64,000 nucleotides of DNA, taken from a virus. Its lineage: Duplodnaviria; Caudoviricetes. Positions 43,724 through 52,329 of this stretch are shown piece by piece. The stretch spans positions 64,001 through 128,000 of IMG/VR virus record IMGVR_UViG_3300035696_000004. One strand, 5' to 3'. The notes below the pieces were generated by a model that ran no database searches, was not told where the DNA came from, and was given only the letters and a program-made list of their open reading frames with translations. Position 1 is the first letter of the stretch, and every line of letters starts with the position of its first letter. The translations under genes and the position numbers were made by a program.

Positions 43724-46066
43724 TTAGCGCGCGAGCGCTGTCTTGTTGGGCATCTCAGCAAACGCCATGTAGATATAGCTATCGCCACTCTTGTTTGTAC
43801 CGGCATTGGCGTCACCGAGTAGGAAACCGTTGGACAGGAAATAATCCGTTCCATAGGCTGTCTGCTCAACTGCCGCTGAATCCGCATACAGTGAGTTGGT
43901 TACCGGGTTGACCGGATTCCTAACCGCATCCAACATGACCCAATCGGTGGTGCCGGTGGTGATGTCTTTGATCATGACGAACTTGGGACGGAAACCGCAG
44001 TAGACGAAATTACCCGTCGTCAACCCATTCCCGGTGTACGTACCAAACTTCGAGAAGTTTGGAATCTCTGAAAAGAGATACGCTACATATGTTGCGCCAG
44101 ACGCATTGACGTTGCTGGCACCCGACGTCCCTGTCGTGAACCCAAAGGTCGTTGACGTAGGAGAGGTGCTGATAGCGCCGTTTGCTGTGGCGGCAATCGG
44201 CAATTGTGCAGCCGGCTGATCCAGCTGGATGTAATATCCAGAGGTCAATCCCTTGTGGTAGACAAACCAATCGGTCGTCCCCGCAGAGCGACACTTCACG
44301 ATAATCATTGCCGGAACAACACCCAACGAATGCGCAATCGTTCGAGTCGTCGTTCCGTCACCCGTGTAAGTCTGGATGTCGATACCGGCCTTCGGGTCTT
44401 TCTTCCAGAACCAATCCACGTACGTCCGACCGCTGACGCCCAGATTGACATCCATCGTCACGCCATCCGAATTGAATGACGTGACCGAGTTGGCAGTGGA
44501 TTCTACAGTTTGGGTGTCGCTGTGCAACGTAGCGTTGACACCTCGGATGATGTCCATCAGGTTGTTACTATCCGAGGTATTCCGACACTTAGACCACACC
44601 ATGCCCGGAGCAAACAACATCCCCGAGATTGTCGTCGATGCACCCGTACCTGATCGAGCATCGATATCGAAATACTGCTTGGGGTTTTGAATAACGGGGG
44701 CGTTGAGATTCGAAGAGCACAGCGTCGTTGCACCCGACGGTTTGGTACGAATAAACGCGCGCTGGCCAAAGTTGATTGACACTTTATCGGTCGTCGCGTA
44801 GCATTCAACAAACGCACCCCATTGACGACCGTCGACAGCGAGTGTCGCAATCGTCACCCATGTCGTCCCGTCAACAGTATAACTCAGTTGATTCAACGTC
44901 CCATCAAACATGAATCCGATCGTGGTCCCGGTCGTATACGTCAAATGACCCGATGCGCCTGTGGTACTTTCGACGTACCAGTAGCCTGTCTGACTGACGG
45001 CGACAACACCGGCTCCCAGACTGGATGAGAACGACCCTGAGAGCGCAGCGATACCCAAGTTGATTTGAGTACCGAGGTTAGCAATCGTCACTTCCCAGTA
45101 GTACTTGCCTGCCCCAAACGCCATGTTTGCAGGTGCCATCCCGTACGCTCCGTTGCCGACAGCGTAGGTGTTGCCGACCGACAACGTGAGGGCGGTACCG
45201 AGTTGACCTTGCGGGTTCAGTGTCGGGAAGTTGTTTGTCGGGGTATCCAGCTGAGGATCGTACGTCGGGTCAGTGACCACACTAAACCCGGATGCGGTCC
45301 ACGTGTTTCCGAGACCGCTCGAATCTGTACCAAGCGCGGCTAAAGAACCTACCGAGCTGAAGTTCAGATACGCACCATTTGTTCCATACGTGCCCGTGTA
45401 CTTCTTCGGTAGCCACGCTCCCGATACAGGATCCGTATAGCCAAACGAAGAAGGTGTCAACGCTTGGCCGTCGACTTTGACGACTTCGGCGAAGAGCATA
45501 TTGGAATACTGGAGGTACGTCCCCGTCTGACCACTTCGGCCTATGAATTCAGGATACGTCGTAGTGTTGACGCTGGTTGTTGCATTTTGGGCATATGTTG
45601 CGGTAAACGTCATTGAGACAGCTTGACCATTCACCCACGCGAGCACACGGTTGGCGGCTGTGGCGTTGGTCGTATCGACAGCGAGCAAGACATGATACCA
45701 CGACGCTGTGTCGATATACACCCCTGCTGAAGTCCCTAAACAAGGGTTGCTACCAGGGATACCATCAAGGTAGTAGAGCTTCCCAGCGCTATTGATACGG
45801 AAACCTGTGTAGTTGTTGCCCGCCGTGTCGCCAGCTTCAAATAAAACTTCTCCTGTGGCGCCAATAGGATCGCTACGCTTGATCCAGGCGGACCAGGTCC
45901 AGGTCTTCGAATTCGAAGCGGAGGAATTGGTGCGCGTCAGATAGCTGGATTGTGCCGCCCGAGCACGCAAGGAGTTGGCGATCTGATACCCGACGCTTCC
46001 GCCGCCCGCACCACCATTGATAAAGAACGGAGCGAGGCGACGTTTTCGTTTTGTTGCATTGAGCAT
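43724..46066 (-). CDS. Large beta-rich virion protein with concanavalin/LamG and SPRY-like domains
   Basis: IANSLR..TWTWSAWIKR..GKYYWEV..NFGQRAF..YIYMAFAE; start MLNATK. Confidence 0.7.
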   Translation of the reverse strand: MLNATKRKRRLAPFFINGGAGGGSVGYQIANSLRARAAQSSYLTRTNSSASNSKTWTWSAWIKRSDPIGATGEVLFEAGDTAGNNYTGFRINSAGKLYYLDGIPGSNPCLGTSAGVYIDTASWYHVLLAVDTTNATAANRVLAWVNGQAVSMTFTATYAQNATTSVNTTTYPEFIGRSGQTGTYLQYSNMLFAEVVKVDGQALTPSSFGYTDPVSGAWLPKKYTGTYGTNGAYLNFSSVGSLAALGTDSSGLGNTWTASGFSVVTDPTYDPQLDTPTNNFPTLNPQGQLGTALTLSVGNTYAVGNGAYGMAPANMAFGAGKYYWEVTIANLGTQINLGIAALSGSFSSSLGAGVVAVSQTGYWYVESTTGASGHLTYTTGTTIGFMFDGTLNQLSYTVDGTTWVTIATLAVDGRQWGAFVECYATTDKVSINFGQRAFIRTKPSGATTLCSSNLNAPVIQNPKQYFDIDARSGTGASTTISGMLFAPGMVWSKCRNTSDSNNLMDIIRGVNATLHSDTQTVESTANSVTSFNSDGVTMDVNLGVSGRTYVDWFWKKDPKAGIDIQTYTGDGTTTRTIAHSLGVVPAMIIVKCRSAGTTDWFVYHKGLTSGYYIQLDQPAAQLPIAATANGAISTSPTSTTFGFTTGTSGASNVNASGATYVAYLFSEIPNFSKFGTYTGNGLTTGNFVYCGFRPKFVMIKDITTGTTDWVMLDAVRNPVNPVTNSLYADSAAVEQTAYGTDYFLSNGFLLGDANAGTNKSGDSYIYMAFAEMPNKTALAR

Positions 46067-46083
46067 TTCTGTCCCCTTGCTGA

Positions 46084-46473
46084 TTACGAAATGTTGTTGG
46101 TGTAACCTTCGCAATACAGAATGTTGCTCGCACCGCCGACGAAGTTAAATACGCAGACTCCCGACAAATTCGTGGGTACCGTCCCATTCGGGAACTTGAA
46201 GCCAGCCGATGCCCAGCTAGGCGTGAAGCCTGCTGTCGTGAGGATGAGCTTGTACATCGCGCCAGCCAAGATATTGGTCGGTGCGGCAAACGCTCTGGCA
46301 GCGGTCAACGTGCAGCTGACGACCTGTCCATTTGCCGTTCCGTCCCAGGCAATGGACGCTGCATCGGTGAGGGTCCCGGACAACGGGACTTGTTGTGCAG
46401 TGAACGTTTCTTGGGTTCCCAAGTTAGCATTCGTTGCATCTTTTTTTGCCAGGGCAAGTGTGGCAGAAGTCAT
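46084..46473 (-). CDS. Small tail-fibre-associated protein
   Basis: TLTDAASIAWD..APTN..FKFPNGTVPT, a motif set usually next to LamG/SPRY virion proteins. Confidence 0.6.
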   Translation of the reverse strand: MTSATLALAKKDATNANLGTQETFTAQQVPLSGTLTDAASIAWDGTANGQVVSCTLTAARAFAAPTNILAGAMYKLILTTAGFTPSWASAGFKFPNGTVPTNLSGVCVFNFVGGASNILYCEGYTNNIS

Positions 46474-46492
46474 GGTGAAGATCCTTTAGATG

Positions 46493-46951
46493 TTACTTGG
46501 TGCGTTTGCCAGAGAAATACGTGTACTGTTGCGCGTTGGTGAGGCCGTCAGCGACAGCGCTGTAATACATGAGTTGGGCGTAATCACCCGCAGCGAGTTT
46601 TACAGGACCCGACGTTCCGCAAAGATTAAAGTTCGCAGAGCCGGAAGCCTCGATGGTTTCTTGCATTCGGAGTCGAAATACCCCGTTGACATACAGGTCG
46701 ATTGCTCGGTTACCTGGGCTAGCTGTCGAACCATGTACCCCGGCAGCAAATTCATACGTCCCGGCCTGTTGAGCTGTGAACCGCATGGTGCTCGTGCTGA
46801 ATTCAGTCAGATCATCAAACAAGACGGATTGAAAGTTGACGGCGGTGTACGTGGCCGCTGAGATAGATTGTGAAACAGATTGGTACACTGAAAAGTTACT
46901 CATCGCAGACATCTTTGCAATGAGGTTTGCCATGGTGGCGGCTTGAGTCAT
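46493..46951 (-). CDS. Standalone C1q-like fibre-tip paralog 2
   Basis: MSNFSVYQ..FDDL.EF..FTAQQAGTY..GPVKLAAGDY: homologous to the C-terminus of 47951..52183. Confidence 0.8.
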   Translation of the reverse strand: MTQAATMANLIAKMSAMSNFSVYQSVSQSISAATYTAVNFQSVLFDDLTEFSTSTMRFTAQQAGTYEFAAGVHGSTASPGNRAIDLYVNGVFRLRMQETIEASGSANFNLCGTSGPVKLAAGDYAQLMYYSAVADGLTNAQQYTYFSGKRTK

Positions 46952-46962
46952 TTCGAGCGTCC

Positions 46963-47418
46963 TTATTTTGTTCGTTGGCCAGAAAAATAGGTTATTGTGG
47001 AACCGGCTGTACTGGTGTCCGCTATGCCAGAAAAATAATACAGCTGTACATAGTCACCGGCATTCAGCTTCACAGGACCAGAGGAACCAGCAAAGGTAGC
47101 GCCACCAGCGGTGCTGCCAGTTTCTTGCATCCGGACGCGTTCTACACCATTGACGAACAGATACAAAATCTTTGCAGGACCACTCGTCGTCGTTCCGTGC
47201 ACTCCACCGAAGAATACGTACGTACCAGCTTGTTGGGCAGTAAACTTCGCCGCTGTACCAAGGGTACATTCACCCAGATCGTCGAATAAGGCTGCTTGGC
47301 AATTTAACGCCGCAGCTGTCGTGGCGGCGAACGACTGACTCGCATTCTGGTATAGATAGAAGTTCGACATTGTCGCCTTTGCTGCTAGCGAATACGCCAT
47401 TTGTGCAGCTTGCGTCAT
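46963..47418 (-). CDS. Standalone C1q-like fibre-tip paralog 1
   Basis: MSNFYLYQ..FDDLGE..FTAQQAGTY..GPVKLNAGDYVQLYY; AAGGA RBS before MTQAAQ. Confidence 0.8.
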   Translation of the reverse strand: MTQAAQMAYSLAAKATMSNFYLYQNASQSFAATTAAALNCQAALFDDLGECTLGTAAKFTAQQAGTYVFFGGVHGTTTSGPAKILYLFVNGVERVRMQETGSTAGGATFAGSSGPVKLNAGDYVQLYYFSGIADTSTAGSTITYFSGQRTK

Positions 47419-47429
47419 TATTGTATCCT

Positions 47430-47891
47430 TTAATTTCCAATCGCCCACCAGTTAAAGCCCTGGACATTTGTCGATGCAATCGACATGATGGCCGCTATTT
47501 TCATTCCTGTTTTTGACTGTGATTCAGTATCAAAAACAAAAGGGTACGCGAGGATACTTACCCCGTTCAAAGATACGCCAGACCAAACGCATGCCGTTGG
47601 GAAAGCGAGTGGGAAGGTTATCACGGAATACGAAAACGTATTGGCCGTAAAGCTGGAGATCGATGTGTATCCCCACTGCAAAATCAACCCGCCTAGGCAC
47701 GAAGGCAGTTTGATGTACCCGTTGGCTCCGATACTGATCGAGAACCCTAAAGCCGTCATGATCACGGCCATTGCATTCCGAATCCAACTCGTGCTGGCAG
47801 GGTTTGCACTGTTATCAGCAAAAGAGGAATCATTGGTAGCGGTTTTGGTGGATTCGCTCCCATGTTGACCGTTTTGTGTTGCTTGTGTCAT
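47430..47891 (-). CDS. Standalone gp53-like tail fibre tip domain
   Basis: NGYIKLP..GLILQWG..ITFPLAFPTAC..WWAIGN. Confidence 0.8.
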   Translation of the reverse strand: MTQATQNGQHGSESTKTATNDSSFADNSANPASTSWIRNAMAVIMTALGFSISIGANGYIKLPSCLGGLILQWGYTSISSFTANTFSYSVITFPLAFPTACVWSGVSLNGVSILAYPFVFDTESQSKTGMKIAAIMSIASTNVQGFNWWAIGN

Positions 47892-47913
47892 GACGTAATA
47901 TCCTGTTGTGGGA

Positions 47914-47940
47914 CGGGGGAGGGATTTTTACCCTCCCCCG
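47914..47940 (-). terminator. Hairpin between long fibre and tip cassettes
   Basis: cgggggaggg-attttta-ccctcccccg. Confidence 0.65.
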
Positions 47941-47950
47941 TTGTTACATT

Positions 47951-50900
47951 TTACTTGACGCGATACCCACCAAAGAACGTATAGATACTCGACGCAATCA
48001 AGGTGTCAGCGACAGCCGGGTTGTAATACAACTGGACGTAGTCACCTGCGTTCAGCTTGATCGGACCCGACGTGGTTCCGAGCGGCAAGTTACCGTTGCT
48101 GTTGGAGGACGCCAAATACACTTTCAACACGCCATTGACATAGATCGCCAATGCGCGGGTGCCGGCCGTGGTGGACGAACCCAACACAGCGCCAGTGAAC
48201 ACATACGTACCTGCATTCACCGCGGTGAACTTGCCAGCCGTGCCCAAGGTGAACTCACCCAGATCATCAAACGTCGCTGTCTGGAAGTTCAGTGCATTCC
48301 AAGCACCCGCCGTAATCGTCTGGGCACTCGATTGATATACCGAGAAGTTCGACATCGCCACTTTCGTGACCATACTCCCTTCGGCAATATACCACGCACT
48401 CACGCCATCACTCTTAAGAATAGCCGTGTCGCTGTTCCCAAAGGTGAGCACCGAATACTTCGTGGCACCCGAATAGATACCGTCCGTACCCGCCGGAACA
48501 ACTGTCGCCCCAGCAATCATGCTCACAAATTGAATGGCGTAACCAGCCGGGAACGTCGATGCTGACGGCAACGTCGATTGCGTAGCCGTCTTCAGCAACA
48601 GCATCTGACCCATGACACTCGTCGTCAACACAGCCACAGCACTGACAGATGTGATGCCATTAGCACCCATTTGGCTTTGCTGCATCTGCACCAGTGTCGG
48701 GCAGTTGGCGATGTTGTACGGCAGGTACGCTACGACTTGAACCAGCGCCCCAGCAGGGATCAGGCTCGGCGTCGTCATGGTGACAGTCAAACCGTCCGTT
48801 GCCGTAAAGTCCGGTAAACCGTACTTAACACCGTTGACGAACACGTCCACCAGACCCGGGATATAACTGAACCCGGATTGCGAGAACGAAGCCTGCGAAG
48901 CCGTTGCCGTGAACTCAGTCGTAACACGCAGCAGCGTAGCATTCGTACTGGAGTAGCCGTACCACGCCACAAAGCTGACGTTTTCACCACCTGCAAACGT
49001 ACCGGACGGGAAGACGACCGTGCTACCGTTCGTTGCCGTAAAGTCCGATGCTGGCAACTTACGGCCTTGAACAAACGCTTGGAGCAAGTTCGGTGCGTAG
49101 TTCAGGTTGAACGTCGTTTGGTTTGCCGTTGCGGTAAACTCGTACGGCACGTAGCAGGCCGATTGACCCACGACACCATTGATGTTCGTTCCGTCACCAT
49201 ATACCACCATGCTACCGTTGTTCGGCAGGGCAATGCCCGTACCCGTAGCGCCTTGGGCCGTAACAGCGTAGCCACCCGTCGTTTGGTTCTCAACGATCCA
49301 GTTCCCTACCAGCGGGAACACAATCGTCGTAGCAGCCGTTGTGACACCCGTCAACTTGATCGTTGCGTTGGCTAGTTGTGCAGCCGACAGTGCCAAACTC
49401 GTGTAGCCCGTCACCGATACCGATACGACACCGTTGAACAACTGCGTCACGGCGTTGGCAATTTGCGTCAACGCACTGTTTGCAGAAGTCTGCGCGGCCG
49501 CCGCATTCGTGATACCGGTTTGGGCATCCGTCTCTGCGGTGTTGGCTTTGGTTTGAGCCGTGGCAGCATTGGTAATCGCCGTCTGAGCATCGGATTCAGC
49601 TTGAGAAGCCGCGGCAGCTGTTGCAGGAGTGAATCCCAGAGCAGTCGTCACATCCGAACTGGTCAACGTAACCGCACCGATACGACCATTGAACGAACCC
49701 ACTTCCGTAGATTGTCCATCGATCTTATCCCACGTCGTGCCATCGAAGGTCACGAAGTCGTTGACACTCCAGGACGAGACGCCATCCAGAGTCGTCGTAC
49801 CTGCTACGCTCACCTTGTAGAAATACCCCTTCGTACCCGTGCCGCTCGCAAGAGTCGGAGTGTTGGTAGAAGCATTCCACGTACCTTGGTAGTTCTCCGC
49901 ACCCAAGACCGAAGCAGGCAGTTGAGACGTCGGGATCTTGCCATTACTGTCGAGCGTAGCCACACCACCTGCCACCCCCTCCAGCGCAGTACTGATAGGA
50001 GTAAAGCCCAGCGCCGCGGTAACATCAGCAGACGCGAGTGCACGACCTGCCGTAGCGCGACCTTTAGCATCCACCGTCACGACGCCATACGTACCTGCCG
50101 CAATACCAGATGCCGCCAACGTGGCGGTCAGACTTCCTGCGGCGACGGTCACGTCCCCCGTCAAACCAGGGAATTCAGCCGGCAACAGATAGCCGTTCGA
50201 ATCCAGTTCTGCAACACCCGACTTCGCACCCAGGAGTGCTGCATTGATCGGCGTGAAACCCAGGGCCGACTCAATAGCCGCAGCCGTCGCTGCTACAGGG
50301 TTATATCCCAATGCAACAACAATGGCACCGACCGTCGCTTGGAGCGGCGTATAGCCGAGCGCACCACTGACATCGGTCGAACTCAATGCAGTACCCGCCG
50401 ACACACGACCCTTGGCATCAACCGTTACCTTGGTGTAGGTTCCGGCCGCGACACCCGTGTTGGACAACGTCAGGGCAAGTGCAGTCGAACCCGAACCCGT
50501 CACATCACCGGTTACCGTGATGGTTTGGTTTCCGGAAATATAACCATTCGGGTTTGTTGCATTATAAGGTGTGAAGCCAAGAGCGGCTTCCAGAGCAGCA
50601 GCGGTATTGGCAACCGGGGTGTAACCCAGAACAGCCGCAATCGCTGCCGACGTGTTAGCCAGAGGGGTGAAGCCCAACGCTGACACAACATCCGCCGAAG
50701 TCAGGCTGATCGCACCCGTGCGTCCATTGAACGAAAGCAACTCGTTAGCAATACCGTCGATCTTGTCGTAGGTCGTGCCGTTGAAGATGATCGTGTCGCC
50801 TACATTCCAGGTCGAAATTCCATCGACAGTGGTCGAACCAGCGGTGCTGACTTTGTAATAGTAGCCTTTCGTACCGACACCGCTAGCCAAAGCTGGCGTA

Positions 50901-52183
50901 TTGGTAGAGGCATTCCAGACACCTTGATAGACAACAGCACCCAGCAAGGACGACGGGATCTGGGACGACAACAGGCGGCCATCCGTACCCAGTTGAGCAA
51001 TGCCGTTAGCAGCACCAACGATAGCCGAATTCACCGGAACAAACCCGAGGGCTGTTTCGATGCTGCTTTGCGTCATCGCTGCAATAACGGATGCCGAAAT
51101 CGTCGACAGTTTGGAGTCGATTTGTTCCGTGCTGTAGACATCCAGATTGGCACGGGCCGTAACAAAGTTGGCCAGATCCGACAGGTTGCTGGCTTTAGCC
51201 AACGCAGCGGAGGCCGCATTTGCCAAGGCTTCATTGGCGGTGGTCTGCGCAGCAGCGGCAGCGGCGATAGCCGCCTGTGCATCAGACTCTGCCTGATTGG
51301 CAGTCGTTTGCGCGGAAGACGCACTGGTTTGGGCAGCCGTTGCCAACGAGTTGGCCGTAGCGGCATTCCGAATACCCGTTTGAGCATCCGTTTCCGCTTG
51401 GTTAGCAGTTGATTGTGCAGCCGTTGCAGCGGACTGAGCAGTCGTCGCGGTCGTTTGTGCCTGGTTGGCTGTCGATTGTGCTGCCAGAGCAGCACCATCT
51501 GCCGTAGCTGCATTCGCCAGTGCTTGTTGCGCATCGCTTTCAGCGGTGTTGGCTTTGGTCTGGGCAGCTGCTGCTGCCGTAATGGCAGTTTGAGCGTCTT
51601 GCTCTGCCTGATTGGCTACGCCCGTTGTGGCACTCAGCGTCGTACTCAGCGACTGGAGATCCGTTTCCTTCGCATAAACAGGGAACGGATTGACTTCTGC
51701 TTGCAGTTCAGCGATCTGATCCCCCACATACGCTTGGGTCGCATACAGAGAGGCGCTGCCATCGACCACAGTCACGCTGGTCGAGTTGCTTTCAGCGACG
51801 ATCATCTGGATCGGCAGCGGGTTCGGGGCGCCGTTCGTTGCCACTTCTTTCAGAGTCGCCGGGACGTTGGCAATGACCAAGAGCGTACCAGACGAATCCA
51901 CAATCCCTGCTTCGCGAATCGTCCAGCCCCCGATCGTATTCGGGATGACGATATTGGCCAGCAGCTGATTGGTATTTTTGGGGTCTTTGTAGACCGACCC
52001 GTATTGAGAGAACGGGAAGGCGTGGACCTGGTTGACGAGTGCGGTGTCGGATTCTTCAGGTGTGGTGGCAGCGCCGTTACCGTCCCCAACCACCATCGCG
52101 TGAAAGTCGAGCGCAGCACCACCAGCATCGGCTGCTGCTTTAGCAGCAAGACCGGCGGTCGTCCAGATTGTACCGTAAGTCAT
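47951..52183 (-). CDS. Long tail fibre 1: P2 gpH-type N-terminus, repeats, C1q-like tip
   Basis: TTAGLAA..VGDGNG..GGWTIREAGI N-terminus; Ala/Gln coil; ALG(F/Y)TP repeats; C-terminal C1q-like domain. Confidence 0.9.
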   Translation of the reverse strand: MTYGTIWTTAGLAAKAAADAGGAALDFHAMVVGDGNGAATTPEESDTALVNQVHAFPFSQYGSVYKDPKNTNQLLANIVIPNTIGGWTIREAGIVDSSGTLLVIANVPATLKEVATNGAPNPLPIQMIVAESNSTSVTVVDGSASLYATQAYVGDQIAELQAEVNPFPVYAKETDLQSLSTTLSATTGVANQAEQDAQTAITAAAAAQTKANTAESDAQQALANAATADGAALAAQSTANQAQTTATTAQSAATAAQSTANQAETDAQTGIRNAATANSLATAAQTSASSAQTTANQAESDAQAAIAAAAAAQTTANEALANAASAALAKASNLSDLANFVTARANLDVYSTEQIDSKLSTISASVIAAMTQSSIETALGFVPVNSAIVGAANGIAQLGTDGRLLSSQIPSSLLGAVVYQGVWNASTNTPALASGVGTKGYYYKVSTAGSTTVDGISTWNVGDTIIFNGTTYDKIDGIANELLSFNGRTGAISLTSADVVSALGFTPLANTSAAIAAVLGYTPVANTAAALEAALGFTPYNATNPNGYISGNQTITVTGDVTGSGSTALALTLSNTGVAAGTYTKVTVDAKGRVSAGTALSSTDVSGALGYTPLQATVGAIVVALGYNPVAATAAAIESALGFTPINAALLGAKSGVAELDSNGYLLPAEFPGLTGDVTVAAGSLTATLAASGIAAGTYGVVTVDAKGRATAGRALASADVTAALGFTPISTALEGVAGGVATLDSNGKIPTSQLPASVLGAENYQGTWNASTNTPTLASGTGTKGYFYKVSVAGTTTLDGVSSWSVNDFVTFDGTTWDKIDGQSTEVGSFNGRIGAVTLTSSDVTTALGFTPATAAAASQAESDAQTAITNAATAQTKANTAETDAQTGITNAAAAQTSANSALTQIANAVTQLFNGVVSVSVTGYTSLALSAAQLANATIKLTGVTTAATTIVFPLVGNWIVENQTTGGYAVTAQGATGTGIALPNNGSMVVYGDGTNINGVVGQSACYVPYEFTATANQTTFNLNYAPNLLQAFVQGRKLPASDFTATNGSTVVFPSGTFAGGENVSFVAWYGYSSTNATLLRVTTEFTATASQASFSQSGFSYIPGLVDVFVNGVKYGLPDFTATDGLTVTMTTPSLIPAGALVQVVAYLPYNIANCPTLVQMQQSQMGANGITSVSAVAVLTTSVMGQMLLLKTATQSTLPSASTFPAGYAIQFVSMIAGATVVPAGTDGIYSGATKYSVLTFGNSDTAILKSDGVSAWYIAEGSMVTKVAMSNFSVYQSSAQTITAGAWNALNFQTATFDDLGEFTLGTAGKFTAVNAGTYVFTGAVLGSSTTAGTRALAIYVNGVLKVYLASSNSNGNLPLGTTSGPIKLNAGDYVQLYYNPAVADTLIASSIYTFFGGYRVK
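49625..50929 (-). repeat. Duplicated about 88-aa module in fibre 1 (about 50664-50929 and 49625-49891)
   Basis: YQG(V/T)WNASTNTP.LASG.GTKGY.YKVS.AG.TT.DG...SFNGR.GA..LTS.DV..ALGFTP twice. Confidence 0.85.
51531..51562. repeat. 32-nt exact repeat shared by both fibre genes (second copy 54716-54747)
   Basis: gcatcgctttcagcggtgttggctttggtctg, encoding QTKANTAESDA. Confidence 0.85.
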
Positions 52184-52294
52184 GAGGGGATTCCAATCGT
52201 ATCGATTAAGGTTAATACACTTCACTTCTGCGCAAAATGAATTGCTATTGTGAATCTATGTATCACAGTATTTTGCGACCATTTCAGCCATAAA

Positions 52295-52327
52295 GGAGTA
52301 CCCTCACCCGGGCGGTGAGGGTACTCC
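52295..52327 (-). terminator. Terminator
   Basis: ggagtaccctcacc-cgggc-ggtgagggtactcc followed by TTTATG on minus strand. Confidence 0.8.
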
Positions 52328-52329
52328 GA

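Noticed and set aside
49480-51620. Repeats in the fibre gene as a CRISPR-like array
   Set aside because: Degenerate in-frame protein repeats with synonymous variation and no constant repeat-spacer period
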